From a virus (taxonomy: Duplodnaviria; Caudoviricetes): a stretch of DNA of 56,130 nucleotides. The position numbers were made by a program, and so were the translations under genes. The notes under the pieces were generated by a model, which ran no database searches, had not been told where the DNA came from, and was given only the letters and a program-made list of their open reading frames with translations. Shown piece by piece: positions 1 through 9,492 of this stretch (the first letter of the stretch is position 1; each line of letters starts with the position of its first letter). Where the stretch lies: the IMG/VR virus record IMGVR_UViG_3300024999_000128, positions 1-56,130 of that record; one strand, 5' to 3'.

Positions 1-776
1 GCGGCTCGCCCGCCGGTGTGGCGCCCGCGCACACCTTCCTGAGCGTTAAGCCTTTTCTCCTTTTCAGGATCTTTCGGTGGTTCGGGAGGAGGCGGAGGTT
101 GTGCGCTGCCGGTCTCCTTTTTGAACACATTGTACAGCTTGATGGTCTGGGCTACTGTGCCCCTGTCCAAGACGTTATTATAGGACTCCTGCAAGAAATC
201 TGGCTGAGTCAGAATCCAGGCTTCAACCTCGGGGAGCAACTTCTCTGCGTCAGCGTGAACCTTGTGGACCTCATCTTTGAACTTGGTATATGCTACGTTC
301 TGGGCAACCGCCGCAACCGGGGCAAGCCTGGCAAGGACATCGGCGACCCGCTTCTCAACCATGTTCTCCATCTTGGCGAGCATGACCCGCTGAGTGGCCT
401 TGATGGCTGCCGAGACCTCGGTGAAGTTGGCAGCGACCTCGTCAAAGGCAGCCTGCTCGTCTTCCGTAAAGGAGTCATCGACGGTCGTCGGGGCCGAAGG
501 CGGCTCGGGTGCCGGGGGCGGAGTGGGTGCTGGCGGCTCGGGTGCCGGGGGCGGAGTGGGTGCTGGCGGTTCAGGAACAGGAGGTGCCGACTCCGGAGGG
601 GTTTCCGGCTGAGGTTCAGGCTGGGGCTCAGGGGGAGTCTCCGGGGCAGGCTCGGGAGTCGGTGGGGTTTCAGGTTCAGGTGGCAGGTCCGGCAGATCCT
701 GGCCGGCCGCAGCCTCGAACGCCAGATCGAAGGCGTCTGGTTCAAGGTTATCTTCAATGGTTTCAGTGTCAGGCAT
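1..776 (-). CDS. Scaffolding-like protein, Pro/Glu-rich N-terminus; runs off the window edge (3'-partial)
   Basis: Absent from the ORF track because it has no stop in the window. ATG at 776 with GGAG upstream; reads MPDTETIEDNLEPDAFDLAFEAAAG...PEPPAPTPPPAPEPP...; lies directly downstream of portal. Confidence 0.7.
   Translation of the reverse strand, partial: MPDTETIEDNLEPDAFDLAFEAAAGQDLPDLPPEPETPPTPEPAPETPPEPQPEPQPETPPESAPPVPEPPAPTPPPAPEPPAPTPPPAPEPPSAPTTVDDSFTEDEQAAFDEVAANFTEVSAAIKATQRVMLAKMENMVEKRVADVLARLAPVAAVAQNVAYTKFKDEVHKVHADAEKLLPEVEAWILTQPDFLQESYNNVLDRGTVAQTIKLYNVFKKETGSAQPPPPPEPPKDPEKEKRLNAQEGVRGRHTGGRA
499..569. repeat. 33-bp tandem repeat (2 full copies plus partial) encoding APTPPPAPEPP in the scaffold-like gene
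   Basis: GGCGGCTCGGGTGCCGGGGGCGGAGTGGGTGCT at 499 and 532, partial copy at 565. Confidence 0.9.
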
Positions 777-798
777 AAATTTCTCCGGGTTTGTAGGA

Positions 799-828
799 AG
801 CGTAACAATAATTTACACGATTTGTCAA
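799..828 (-). promoter_or_regulatory. Sigma70-like promoter for scaffold/capsid genes
   Basis: TTGACA-18 nt-TACGCT with TG upstream of the -10, on the minus strand ahead of ATG 776. Confidence 0.5.
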
Positions 829-1019
829 TCAAAAAGTTGTAGCAAATCCTTACATTCTTTCGCTCTGCCGCGCACTTCGGGCGATTCTTCGCCTTCGAGC
901 CGGTTGCGATGCTGCTCTCTACGCAGCGTGATCATCTCACGGAGCAGGATCATCGATTCCATATCCTTGTAAGATACCAAGATATCTTGGATTTCCTTAA
1001 TTCGGTCTTTGTGCACCAT
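825..1019 (-). CDS. Small head-associated hypothetical protein
   Basis: 64-aa ORF with GGGGG SD overlapping the portal end; typical portal-small ORF-scaffold order. Confidence 0.65.
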   Translation of the reverse strand: MVHKDRIKEIQDILVSYKDMESMILLREMITLRREQHRNRLEGEESPEVRGRAKECKDLLQLFD

Positions 1020-3063
1020 TTCCCCCCTTCGTTTGTACTGCCGTCGACAGCAGCGTCTTCAAATTTTCCAACTGATTCCTGTCCTCTGCCGACTTAGCGT
1101 TGGCCAGGTTACTCTCGACCCGGGAGAGAATCTCCTGGATCGTCGCCTCGGTCGACATCGCCACCACCTGCGCGTCCATGCTGGTCTTCTCGGCGGCAGC
1201 GGACTCCTTGGCGGTCTTGGCCTGGGTCAGCCCCTGCTCGATCTGTGAGGCCTGAGCCCGTCCTTCTCGCATACTCTTCAGAATTTCTCGTGCCTCCTCT
1301 TCCGGCAGCAGCCGGTCGACAGGAAGATCGCGGGCCTTGAGCCGGTCAATCAGCAGCCCGTACTTATCAAGGATTGCCTTATCTTCCTCGTCCATAGTAG
1401 TAACGAACTGGTCAAGGGCGGCACCGCGGACTTCCTTGGCGACCAGCGACAGGTTGCCCTTGGCAACGACATGGTAGTCGCCTTTCAGTTCCTCGTTCGG
1501 GTTGAACTCCATGTTCCACTTCAGCAGCGACCCGATCAGGCTGGTGGTAAACTTATCGAATGCCCTAACGGTGTCCTTGGTGACCATGTTGGCCGAACCC
1601 ATCATCATGCTCATGTTGTTGCTGGTCCGGAACGCCTCGCCGAGCGGCTGCTGCTGCATCGCCCCCATGGTGTACGCCGGCAGGTTGCTCTCGATGTCGA
1701 GCTGCTGTCGCTCCATCTGGATGACGTTGAGGATGTCGGCGATGTGTGACTGGGTGACGATCGCCCGCACCGCCGGGTACTGGGCATCGATGCCGTCACC
1801 TTCCCGCTCGATGGTCATGAAGGCATGGATCGGGCCGATGTTCTTGCGCCCGGGGGCGAGCAGAGATTTGTTGACCTCAAGGATCGGGCCGGCGCAGGCC
1901 GACATATTATCTTTCAGGATCCGGTGCGAAACGCAGAGCGACATCTGCGAGTCCCTGACCTCTTCCGGCAGACCGACACCGGTCAGCCCAGAGTCCTCGT
2001 CCTCAGCATAGATGAAGGCGTGGTACTGGTCGGACGGCCGCTCACCGAAGGCGGCTTTCTGGGCCTTGATGATGACGTCGTCGATGAACCACAGGTCGGC
2101 GAAAACGTCCTCATCCATCTCATCTTCTTTGATCTCGACTCCGGCTGCGGCCAGGCTGTGTGCTGAGATGAAGCCGAGGCCCCGGTAGACTTCGTACCGA
2201 CGCGCGGTGCGGTCAGAGAGGTTCGCCGTCTTAGCCAACTGCTGCAGTTCTGTCTCGTAGGTCTTGGCGGTGTAGTTGCCCTGCGGATGGTCTTTCAGAT
2301 ACTGCTTGACCAAGTCCGACATGAAGTCATCGCGCTTGGCGAGGTTGCGGAAATCATGGCGGGTCATTACCACTCGCTCGAAGACCATGTCCTGATCGGT
2401 CCAAGACTTCGCCATCAGGTCAGGGTAGAAGTCCCAGATCCGCAGGCTCTCAGGGTATGGCCGCTTGACCGTCTTGGTCTTGGCCACGTAGGCGCCGGTC
2501 ACCGGGTCGGCCTCCCAGACCCGCTCCTGCTGAGTGCGGACCATCGGGCTGCGGGCAACACCGAAACCGTAGATGTAACCGCTGCGCACCACCCGCTTGC
2601 ACAACTGCGGGTAATCGATCTCTGCATCGGAGAGTTGGTCGGCGATCTCGATCTCCATCTTGCCCTTCCTCGCCTCGGCGAAGGCCCTGACCTCTCGCTC
2701 GATCGCGTCGCTGCTCATCGGCTGGCCGGACTGCTGCAGGGTGGAGAGGATGTTCTGCAGGGCTTCCTGCGGGATCGACGGGCTGGGGGAAACCCCGAGT
2801 GCCCAGTTACGGTCCTGGCTGGGGAACATCATCTCCATCAGCTTGGCCACCCCACCCTTGATCTTGACTTTGGTGTCCCGGGGGTAGACATGCGACCGCT
2901 CATCCGGGATGCCGGCGAAGATGTCCGGGTCGTACTGGCCGGCGTGCTGCCGGAGGTTCTTCAACCACTGGATCTCGCACAACGCCCGGTCATTGATGAA
3001 CTGCCCGAGCTGACCTTTGAGCAACGTCCCTGTCTTCGCCAGTTCTTCGTAATTGATTTCCAT
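997..3063 (-). CDS. Portal protein
   Basis: 688 aa, follows TerL; podovirus portal-like segments (IWDFYPD, GVGLPE, GPILEV) and a C-terminal coiled coil. Confidence 0.85.
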   Translation of the reverse strand: MEINYEELAKTGTLLKGQLGQFINDRALCEIQWLKNLRQHAGQYDPDIFAGIPDERSHVYPRDTKVKIKGGVAKLMEMMFPSQDRNWALGVSPSPSIPQEALQNILSTLQQSGQPMSSDAIEREVRAFAEARKGKMEIEIADQLSDAEIDYPQLCKRVVRSGYIYGFGVARSPMVRTQQERVWEADPVTGAYVAKTKTVKRPYPESLRIWDFYPDLMAKSWTDQDMVFERVVMTRHDFRNLAKRDDFMSDLVKQYLKDHPQGNYTAKTYETELQQLAKTANLSDRTARRYEVYRGLGFISAHSLAAAGVEIKEDEMDEDVFADLWFIDDVIIKAQKAAFGERPSDQYHAFIYAEDEDSGLTGVGLPEEVRDSQMSLCVSHRILKDNMSACAGPILEVNKSLLAPGRKNIGPIHAFMTIEREGDGIDAQYPAVRAIVTQSHIADILNVIQMERQQLDIESNLPAYTMGAMQQQPLGEAFRTSNNMSMMMGSANMVTKDTVRAFDKFTTSLIGSLLKWNMEFNPNEELKGDYHVVAKGNLSLVAKEVRGAALDQFVTTMDEEDKAILDKYGLLIDRLKARDLPVDRLLPEEEAREILKSMREGRAQASQIEQGLTQAKTAKESAAAEKTSMDAQVVAMSTEATIQEILSRVESNLANAKSAEDRNQLENLKTLLSTAVQTKGGNGAQRPN

Positions 3064-3647
3064 TACAGCCTCGACGTAGCTACGTCGCCTCCACGGTTAG
3101 TTTTATTTATCCTATAGCCTTGGATGTACTTATACGCGTCCGTGCTACTATCGCAACCTTCCCACTCCAGAGCCTGCTCTCCTGCAAGTCGATGTGCCAC
3201 TGCTTCTGTGAAACATTCATTCCTACCAAGTCCAATTTTCTTACCATTAACTTTTACGTCGGCCTGCCATCTTTGTGTAGCCTTATCCCAGCACACCCCT
3301 CTAACACCTGAAGTGTTATTGCTGTGAGGTTTGCTGTTCCTGATGTTACAACTATTTGAAACTTCTCTGAGGTTTTCTATTCGGTTGTCATCTCGCTTAC
3401 GGTTTACATGGTCGAGACTATTTTCTGGGAAGAATCCATAGACATATAGCCACGCAAGCCTATGTGCCTGGTATCTTTCGCCTCGGATCTGCACACTCAC
3501 ATATCCCTGACTGGTCAAGCTACCAGCAGCATCTCCAACTCTTGCACTACTACTATTTGACACTAACCATGTAAAAACACCTGTGGTAGGATCGTAACTG
3601 ACTTGGTCCTTCAGTTCTTCTTGAGTAATCACGTACGACCTCTTCAT
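3063..3647 (-). mobile_element. HNH homing endonuclease with C-terminal AP2-like domain
   Basis: YDPTTGVFTW, AHRLAW, DHVNRKRDDNRIENLR, NTSGVRGVCW motifs; AT-richer than flanks; inserted between TerL and portal. Confidence 0.9.
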
Positions 3648-3658
3648 AAGTATTTAAT

Positions 3659-5101
3659 TTAATAGCCTTCTCGCTGGGCAGGGCGGTACGGCGTGGGTTG
3701 GTTGAGGGGGTTGAAGTCGGTAACCCGGATATGCTCAGCAGGGTCGTACTTACCTGACAATAAATAGAGATCCCCATATTGCCCCGCTTCGGCTATATGT
3801 GACCATTCGTTCTTCTCTGGGCTGTCGGAATACTTACCGGTCATCTTCTGTTTCTGGTACCGGTACTTGCTGCGCAGGGCCTCGATGTACCACTTGCAGG
3901 ACGGGTCGATCACCATCAGCGGGTCGCCGTCCGGATAGTTGCTTAGCATCTGCTCTGTGGCCTGGATCCTAGTAGTCGGGTCGTTGGTCGATGCTGCCTT
4001 GACAATGGCCCCTTCCTCGTCGAAGTCGGCCTGCAGCACCTTGAACGCTGAGGACTCATCTGAGTCGGCCCGCCGCTTGCCGGCGGGGTCGCCGATGAAT
4101 ATCAGCGGGTTGGTCGGGAAGAAATTCTTGATAAGCGGCCGCAGCTTGTTCTTGCTGAACCGCTTCATGCCCATATCGAAGGCCACCGCTTCCCGCAGGA
4201 CCCGGACCCGCCCGTCAAGATCCATCTGCTTGAAGGTCGCTGCCGGTGTGAGCCCACAGTCGAAAGAGATGATCACCGGCAGGAAAGGATCGATCTGCAG
4301 GGGAATCTGTGACACATGCCGCTCTGCTTTGAAGGTGGTAGCGTAGACAGCCTTGCCAGACAATGACGGAGAGTAGAGGCCGTGGATGTAGGTATCGACG
4401 AAAGTCTTGGTTTCGCCCTCTGCCAGATCGGTGTAATAGTCCGGATGAAGATGGTCCCTGTTTTCTGCCTCCGGAGAGATGCCCGACGGCTGCTTGAAGG
4501 CATCAACCTTGATGACGCTGTTCGGGTTGCCCTCTTCCTGGGGCAGATGCTCCATCATCTTATAGGCGGCACTATCTATCTCTGGAGGGTTGGAGTCCAT
4601 TATCAGGCCATACCATGTCCCAGGGACCTCAACCGGATTCGGGTATCGTCTGAGTCTGCCTTTTATCGAAGAGTAAAGGGCGACAGGCACCTCCCGAAAT
4701 TCGTTGATAAATGCGCCAGTTAGTTCCAAACTGAGAACCCTTCCTACATCGTCCTCGGTATCGAGAGGGAGGAACATTATCTCCGCATCGACCTCACCGA
4801 AGTTCAGGCGGAACAACATCTTGGTGTCGTGCCAAGTACCGAAGTCCTTCATCCAGTGCATCCACGTCTTGAGGGTCGTGTCTCGCAACTGCTTATTGGT
4901 ATTCCGGATTATTGCCCACCGTGAAGACCGCTTGCCCTTATTCCAGATCGGTACCTCCAGGCACCGGCGCAGGATCTCGACGCAGCAGGCCGCACTCTTG
5001 CCAGAGCCGATCGGACCCATGATGGCTCGATGGAAGGCGTTCGACCGCATGAACTTCGAGACGGTCGGCGACGCGGTGAATTTGAAATCGATGTCAGGCA
5101 C
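3659..5101 (-). CDS. terL: Terminase large subunit
   Basis: Walker A GPIGSGKS, Walker B-like FINE, coupling motif DSNP, nuclease acidic motifs SFDCG and GDPAG. Confidence 0.92.
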   Translation of the reverse strand: MPDIDFKFTASPTVSKFMRSNAFHRAIMGPIGSGKSAACCVEILRRCLEVPIWNKGKRSSRWAIIRNTNKQLRDTTLKTWMHWMKDFGTWHDTKMLFRLNFGEVDAEIMFLPLDTEDDVGRVLSLELTGAFINEFREVPVALYSSIKGRLRRYPNPVEVPGTWYGLIMDSNPPEIDSAAYKMMEHLPQEEGNPNSVIKVDAFKQPSGISPEAENRDHLHPDYYTDLAEGETKTFVDTYIHGLYSPSLSGKAVYATTFKAERHVSQIPLQIDPFLPVIISFDCGLTPAATFKQMDLDGRVRVLREAVAFDMGMKRFSKNKLRPLIKNFFPTNPLIFIGDPAGKRRADSDESSAFKVLQADFDEEGAIVKAASTNDPTTRIQATEQMLSNYPDGDPLMVIDPSCKWYIEALRSKYRYQKQKMTGKYSDSPEKNEWSHIAEAGQYGDLYLLSGKYDPAEHIRVTDFNPLNQPTPYRPAQREGY

Positions 5102-5273
5102 GAACCACCTCAGCCTTCATCTTCTCATCCTGTACAATTTTTAGACAGTCGGCGATCGCCTTGGCCCTGACTGTCGCGTCCATCCCGCCCGGAATGTAGA
5201 CCCCGGCTGCGTCCTTGGTAGGCATCCTGACTGCACAGTCGAGTAGTTGCTTGATTCGTTCCTCAGTAGCCAT
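5094..5273 (-). CDS. Hypothetical protein (MATEERIKQ...)
   Basis: ATG 5273 with GGAG SD; overlaps the neighbouring genes of the operon. Confidence 0.6.
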   Translation of the reverse strand: MATEERIKQLLDCAVRMPTKDAAGVYIPGGMDATVRAKAIADCLKIVQDEKMKAEVVRA

Positions 5274-5472
5274 TCTTCTCCTCCCTCTCCTGGGCACAGG
5301 AGACACAGTATAAACAACCTGACACGTACTGTCGACGTTTCTCCGGGATAGGTTCCTCACAGTCCAGACAGTGACTGCGGGACTCTCCGCTGTTGATCTG
5401 CCGAGCAGCGGCTATGGCCTGGTTGCGAAACAGCATCTCAAGTTCTCCTGCGTGATCGAGTTGGTCTGCCAT
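5263..5472 (-). CDS. TraR/DksA C4-type zinc-finger protein
   Basis: N-terminal MADQLDHA (DxxDxA), CLDCEEPIPEKRR and CVSCAQ zinc finger. Confidence 0.9.
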   Translation of the reverse strand: MADQLDHAGELEMLFRNQAIAAARQINSGESRSHCLDCEEPIPEKRRQYVSGCLYCVSCAQEREEKNGY

Positions 5473-5473
5473 C

Positions 5474-6052
5474 TCAGATCCTGTCGAACCAGCCGCGATA
5501 TTTCTCCTTGGCCGGGTACTTGCGCATTTGCTGGATGTAGTGCATCCCCTGCAGGCAGTTCATCACCCGCAGCAGCCGGGGGATCGACACCTCCGGCTTG
5601 GGGGGCCTCGACACGCAGTAGAGCCGCAATGTTTCCAGAGTCTTCCAGCCGACCACGCCGTCCAGCACGAGGTCTGGATAAAGCCGCTTGTTGAGGTTGA
5701 GCAGCGACAAGGCTTCCTGCAGGAACTGCACTCCTCTGGTGCAGCCGAAGTTCACCGAGGTATCGAAGACCTCAGTGGCGACCTCCGGCGAGAGTTCTGC
5801 CAAGGCATCGCCCTGGATCCGCCCCCAGAACTGAGTGTAATAAAAATGCTCCACCGCCTGGACAATTGCAGGGGTAACCTTGCCCTCAGACTGAGCAAGC
5901 AACTGCCAACCTATCCAGTACGGCCAGTTCTCCTGGGAGATGCCTGAGAAGGTATCCCCGCCGGGATCGACTGGGTCGTTGGTGCGAATGTTCCGACCTT
6001 CGCGTTGCTGCATGATGTGAAAGGCATCGTAGAACCGCTCTGATCTGCTCAT
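5474..6052 (-). CDS. Endolysin, glycoside hydrolase family 108 with peptidoglycan-binding C-terminus
   Basis: EG...DPVDPGGDTFSGIS, FDTSVNFG, LQEAL, DGVVGWKT, YRGWFDRI motifs; start at ATG 6052. Confidence 0.88.
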   Translation of the reverse strand: MSRSERFYDAFHIMQQREGRNIRTNDPVDPGGDTFSGISQENWPYWIGWQLLAQSEGKVTPAIVQAVEHFYYTQFWGRIQGDALAELSPEVATEVFDTSVNFGCTRGVQFLQEALSLLNLNKRLYPDLVLDGVVGWKTLETLRLYCVSRPPKPEVSIPRLLRVMNCLQGMHYIQQMRKYPAKEKYRGWFDRI

Positions 6053-6765
6053 ACTGCCTTCCTTGCGAATGCGCACTCGCCGCGGCGCAGAACCTCAGCA
6101 AAGTCGTCGAGGTCCATCACCCAGTAGCCGTGTGTTATTTTGTTCCAGCCCGGCCAGGAGTTCGGTCCGCCGATGATGTTCCGATGCCTGTTGATGAAGG
6201 TACCGGCGGTGCAGTGGCCTCCGACGCTCTCCCCGGTCGGCACACACAGCCCGTCCTTCTTCCGAGGATTCATCATGCCCTCGGTCCAATCAAGGCCGAG
6301 GATGGCACTGCCATAGTAGTCAATGCCGCGGATAACCTCATCGACCGTGTAGGCTCGGCAATACTCGGTAATCAGCCCCTCCTGCCTGGCGGTCTGCAGG
6401 CCGGCGGCAATCGAGGTGCCGTAGCACACAGGGTTGGACCCGGGCCGCTCGGATCCTGGCCATTGATCATTATCCTGCGTTCTGAAATAGAACTCAAGCG
6501 CCCATTCGTCGCCGTAGGTGGCAATGTTCGGCTCATGTTCCATAAAGGCAGCGAAACCGAACCCCCAGCAGGCACTCCAGTTCCCTTGATTGAGCAGCGG
6601 CTCACCAAACTTCTTGACCCGATACTTGCTGATCATCTCCCGCTGACTGAGGTCGATGCCTCCGTCCGGCGCCGCCATGGAGAGAAGATGCGGAGCGGTC
6701 GGGTCTGGCTGGAAGATCAGGCCGCAACGCGGGTCTCGGGTTTCACTGCCGTCTTTGAGGATCAT
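6049..6765 (-). CDS. Papain-like (C1) cysteine peptidase
   Basis: LNQGNWSACWGF (oxyanion Q, catalytic C), GGHC (His) and NSW (Asn) in C1A order. Confidence 0.8.
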   Translation of the reverse strand: MILKDGSETRDPRCGLIFQPDPTAPHLLSMAAPDGGIDLSQREMISKYRVKKFGEPLLNQGNWSACWGFGFAAFMEHEPNIATYGDEWALEFYFRTQDNDQWPGSERPGSNPVCYGTSIAAGLQTARQEGLITEYCRAYTVDEVIRGIDYYGSAILGLDWTEGMMNPRKKDGLCVPTGESVGGHCTAGTFINRHRNIIGGPNSWPGWNKITHGYWVMDLDDFAEVLRRGECAFARKAV

Positions 6766-6776
6766 GATTGCACCTT

Positions 6777-7214
6777 TTACTTCCTACCTACTTTTTTAAG
6801 TTCCGCGTTCATGTCTCTTTCTTTGAGCTGCAGGTATGTAAGCGTTGATATGTTGGTGTTCATATCCGTTATGGACCTGAGCAACGCTTCATACCTTTCC
6901 TCAGTCCTCGCCTGCCCATTCCCCAGAGCACTGACTTGGTCTGCTATCATCTTCATATCAGCCGCGGTTGTAGCGACGCTGGCGGTATATCGCGCCATTA
7001 CATCATCGCGTATTTCCTTGGCATAAATATATGCCCCGCCAACAAAAACTGTGACCAGGACTGACCAGCCGACGATTCGGTTCTGCCAAGTGAGCATTTT
7101 CGGGATGTTGTCCGTCAGTGCCTGCATGTTTTTACGCCGCTCTACCTCAATGCCATGCAAGGCGCATTGCCCGTCCTCCCCGAAGCTGCAACTACTTGGA
7201 GCATGTTCCGTCAT
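6777..7214 (-). CDS. Single-TM plus coiled-coil membrane protein, possible lysis component
   Basis: Hydrophobic IVGWSVLVTVFVGGAYIYA followed by a heptad-rich tail; upstream of the peptidase and endolysin. Confidence 0.55.
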   Translation of the reverse strand: MTEHAPSSCSFGEDGQCALHGIEVERRKNMQALTDNIPKMLTWQNRIVGWSVLVTVFVGGAYIYAKEIRDDVMARYTASVATTAADMKMIADQVSALGNGQARTEERYEALLRSITDMNTNISTLTYLQLKERDMNAELKKVGRK

Positions 7215-7299
7215 TACTCATCTCCTCTGTGCAAAACGTCTTCACTATCCGTGGGCCACTCATGTAGTCGGCCGTAATACGTTTTCTGAGCTTCGGCCA

Positions 7300-7815
7300 T
7301 CAGTACCCTGGGAGACCCAAGGAATTTTTGTTGAAGGCTATAGGGCCTACCTTCCGATACTTTGCCCACGATATACCTCCGCCTAGTCGGACAAGGCAAT
7401 ACGCGCCCCATGCCCGACAGGTCGCATCGGTGGCAGAAATGGTCACGTCTCTCAGTACCTGGTCGAAATATTTTCTGGACTCACCGATGCAGATCGGGAT
7501 GTTGCCGCCGAAGGCATACTTGTGGCCGTTCATGATCGCTTCCGCCCTGGCTCCTGGTTGGTAATCGCCGAAGTCCGGGGTCAGCAGATATCCGTGCTGG
7601 TAGCCAAAATCATGCGGAAGTGATCCGTAGCGGAGGATCCCCATCGGAGAGGCAATCGGCCAAAGCGGGCGGGGGACGCTGGCGAAATCAGTTTCAAATC
7701 CTTCCGGTATAATTATCGGCCTGGACTCCCCGATCTGGTACACGTAATCCTCAAGAAGCCTGGCTCTGATGGTGCATGGAATGAACTCGAATTTCGGTTC
7801 TGGAAAGTGGTTCAT
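7300..7815 (-). CDS. DUF1353-like protein
   Basis: IPEGFETDFASVPR...HDFGY motif; start at ATG 7815 (ATGA overlap). Confidence 0.8.
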   Translation of the reverse strand: MNHFPEPKFEFIPCTIRARLLEDYVYQIGESRPIIIPEGFETDFASVPRPLWPIASPMGILRYGSLPHDFGYQHGYLLTPDFGDYQPGARAEAIMNGHKYAFGGNIPICIGESRKYFDQVLRDVTISATDATCRAWGAYCLVRLGGGISWAKYRKVGPIAFNKNSLGLPGY

Positions 7816-8276
7816 CGCGCCTGTTTCCTCCATACCCAAGGCTGCACCGGTGCCGGGTCCATCCATAGCCCCACCTTGTTGCCAGCGGAGATCCCCTGCA
7901 GGGTCGTCCATGCCTGGCAGAACCTCTCCTTGCAGTAGTCTGGGTAAACCCAAGCGTAGCCCTGGAGGATCAGCTGCTCCTGCAGGCACTGGGTGCCGAC
8001 CATGACGAGTGCTACCGTCCGGCCGTAGCGGTCCCTACCGACTGAGGCGACGTCGACGATCTTGCCGAATACCTGTGAGGCGACGAAGTCCCGGGCGGAC
8101 TGACCGTGCGCCTGTTTGCGCTCTGGGCTGTCGATGCCATAGAGACGAACCACAGTAATGCCTTGCTCGGTTGCGACCTTGAGGGTGTCGCCGTCGACGA
8201 CGTTGACGACCGTGGCTGGCTCGGCGTGAGCAGAGACAGCGAGAAGGAGCGTGATGAGGATTATAATTTGACGCAT
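7812..8276 (-). CDS. Secreted thermonuclease (SNase-like)
   Basis: Signal peptide ending AHA; VVDGDT, VRLYGIDSPE, DRYGR and GLW..P..PW.WR motifs. Confidence 0.93.
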   Translation of the reverse strand: MRQIIILITLLLAVSAHAEPATVVNVVDGDTLKVATEQGITVVRLYGIDSPERKQAHGQSARDFVASQVFGKIVDVASVGRDRYGRTVALVMVGTQCLQEQLILQGYAWVYPDYCKERFCQAWTTLQGISAGNKVGLWMDPAPVQPWVWRKQAR

Positions 8277-8449
8277 AATTTTACTCCGGTAGGTTGCTGC
8301 CTGAACCTCTCACAGCCTTTGTTCTTCCGCCCGTTGCAGTCGAAGGAGAAACAGGGGCCATCTTCCTGGCAGTAGCGATCCTTTACCTGATGGATACCGT
8401 TCTCGTCCCTGTCACTCATATGCAAACTCGCTTCCGCAATCACCCTCAT
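8261..8449 (-). CDS. Small Cys-rich hypothetical protein
   Basis: ATG 8449 with GGAGGGAG SD; four Cys. Confidence 0.5.
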   Translation of the reverse strand: MRVIAEASLHMSDRDENGIHQVKDRYCQEDGPCFSFDCNGRKNKGCERFRQQPTGVKLCVKL

Positions 8450-8477
8450 CTCTCCCTCCAGGAAGTAAAGGAAAACT

Positions 8478-8561
8478 TCAGTCGCAATCGTCAGATGGAA
8501 ATCCACAAAGCGGGCAGAAAGAACCTTTGTAGCGATGGCCGCATTGGGGGCAGGTTACCAT
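8478..8561 (-). CDS. 27-aa zinc-ribbon miniprotein MVTCPQCGHRYKGSFCPLCGFPSDDCD
   Basis: Translated by eye; two CxxC motifs; overlaps the upstream stop codon. Confidence 0.55.
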   Translation of the reverse strand: MVTCPQCGHRYKGSFCPLCGFPSDDCD

Positions 8562-9340
8562 TGCATTGTCACAGTCTTGCTGCTGTCACCAAAGGGGGCG
8601 TGGAGATAAATACCGCCGTGCGCTGTTCCGATGTCAGCATCCCCCTCACCATTCGGTCGGCCGTTGCCTGGCTTGAACAAAAAACCGTACATAGCCGCCC
8701 TGCTGTCCCGGTTGCAGGTATCTTCGCGGTCCCTGCAGTTCCTTGCTGTGCTCTTGACAGTAAAGGTCTTGCCGGAGGCAAAGGTGAATTTCACCGGGCC
8801 TGCCCCAAGGGAGTCGCCCTGCTTGCTGATTCTCCACGCCTGCCGCCCCTGATTACGAACCCCGTAGCTGGTGTACGTTGCAGAGTTCTTGTACGCTCCC
8901 GGGGTAACCGGTCCTGTTGTCTCCCCAGCTGTGCCACTCTTGGCAGTGTAGGTCACACCGTCAGCCATCTTGATCACGAAGCTCAACGGCCGAGCGTACT
9001 GGTCGCCGGACTTGGTCAGTAGGAAAACCGGCGCGCCTTTGTAAGGTGTGCCTTGTCTCGCTACCTCGCCGTTGACTGAGACGTAGGAGACTGAGCCGGT
9101 CTGCAGGGTCCTGAACAATATGCCTGCGGCGCCGTTGCCTTGAGTGGTTTCTCGCTCAAAGGTGATCGGGTGGGGAAATGTCTTGTTGCCGGACGGAGGT
9201 GTGACAGGTGGTGTGACTGGTACACCACCCGGGAAATACTGAGCACAGAGGGCGGTGCACTCATTAAGGGATTGGGGGATGGTCACCGCTCCCGCCGGCA
9301 CTGCCCAGAGCAGGGCAAGGACCAGGATAAGGCGAAACAT
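8555..9340 (-). CDS. Exported beta-rich hypothetical protein
   Basis: Start ATG 9340 (TGATG coupling, GAGG SD); signal peptide MFRLILVLALLWAVPAGA; Pro/Thr linkers. Confidence 0.7.
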   Translation of the reverse strand: MFRLILVLALLWAVPAGAVTIPQSLNECTALCAQYFPGGVPVTPPVTPPSGNKTFPHPITFERETTQGNGAAGILFRTLQTGSVSYVSVNGEVARQGTPYKGAPVFLLTKSGDQYARPLSFVIKMADGVTYTAKSGTAGETTGPVTPGAYKNSATYTSYGVRNQGRQAWRISKQGDSLGAGPVKFTFASGKTFTVKSTARNCRDREDTCNRDSRAAMYGFLFKPGNGRPNGEGDADIGTAHGGIYLHAPFGDSSKTVTMQW

Positions 9341-9492
9341 CAGTCTACCTCCACAAGTCTCAAAGACACTCGGGAATAGGTCTTTCTCTTCTTTTTTGCG
9401 CAGGTCGAGTGACCTCCACAGCAGCATGGTTTCTCGCTCCTATTTTCTGGGTCTTTACAATTTGACCCTGGCACTCTGGACTTCTTGCTCAT
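9340..9492 (-). CDS. 50-aa basic Cys-rich hypothetical protein
   Basis: MSKKSRVPG...LVEVD; TGATG-coupled at both ends; flanked by a 14-bp direct repeat. Confidence 0.55.
   Translation of the reverse strand: MSKKSRVPGSNCKDPENRSEKPCCCGGHSTCAKKKRKTYSRVSLRLVEVD

Noticed and set aside
18-842. 274-aa plus ORF and 179-aa minus ORF (293-832)
   Set aside because: Shadow or alternate frames of the real minus-strand gene starting at 776, which the track missed because its stop is outside the window.
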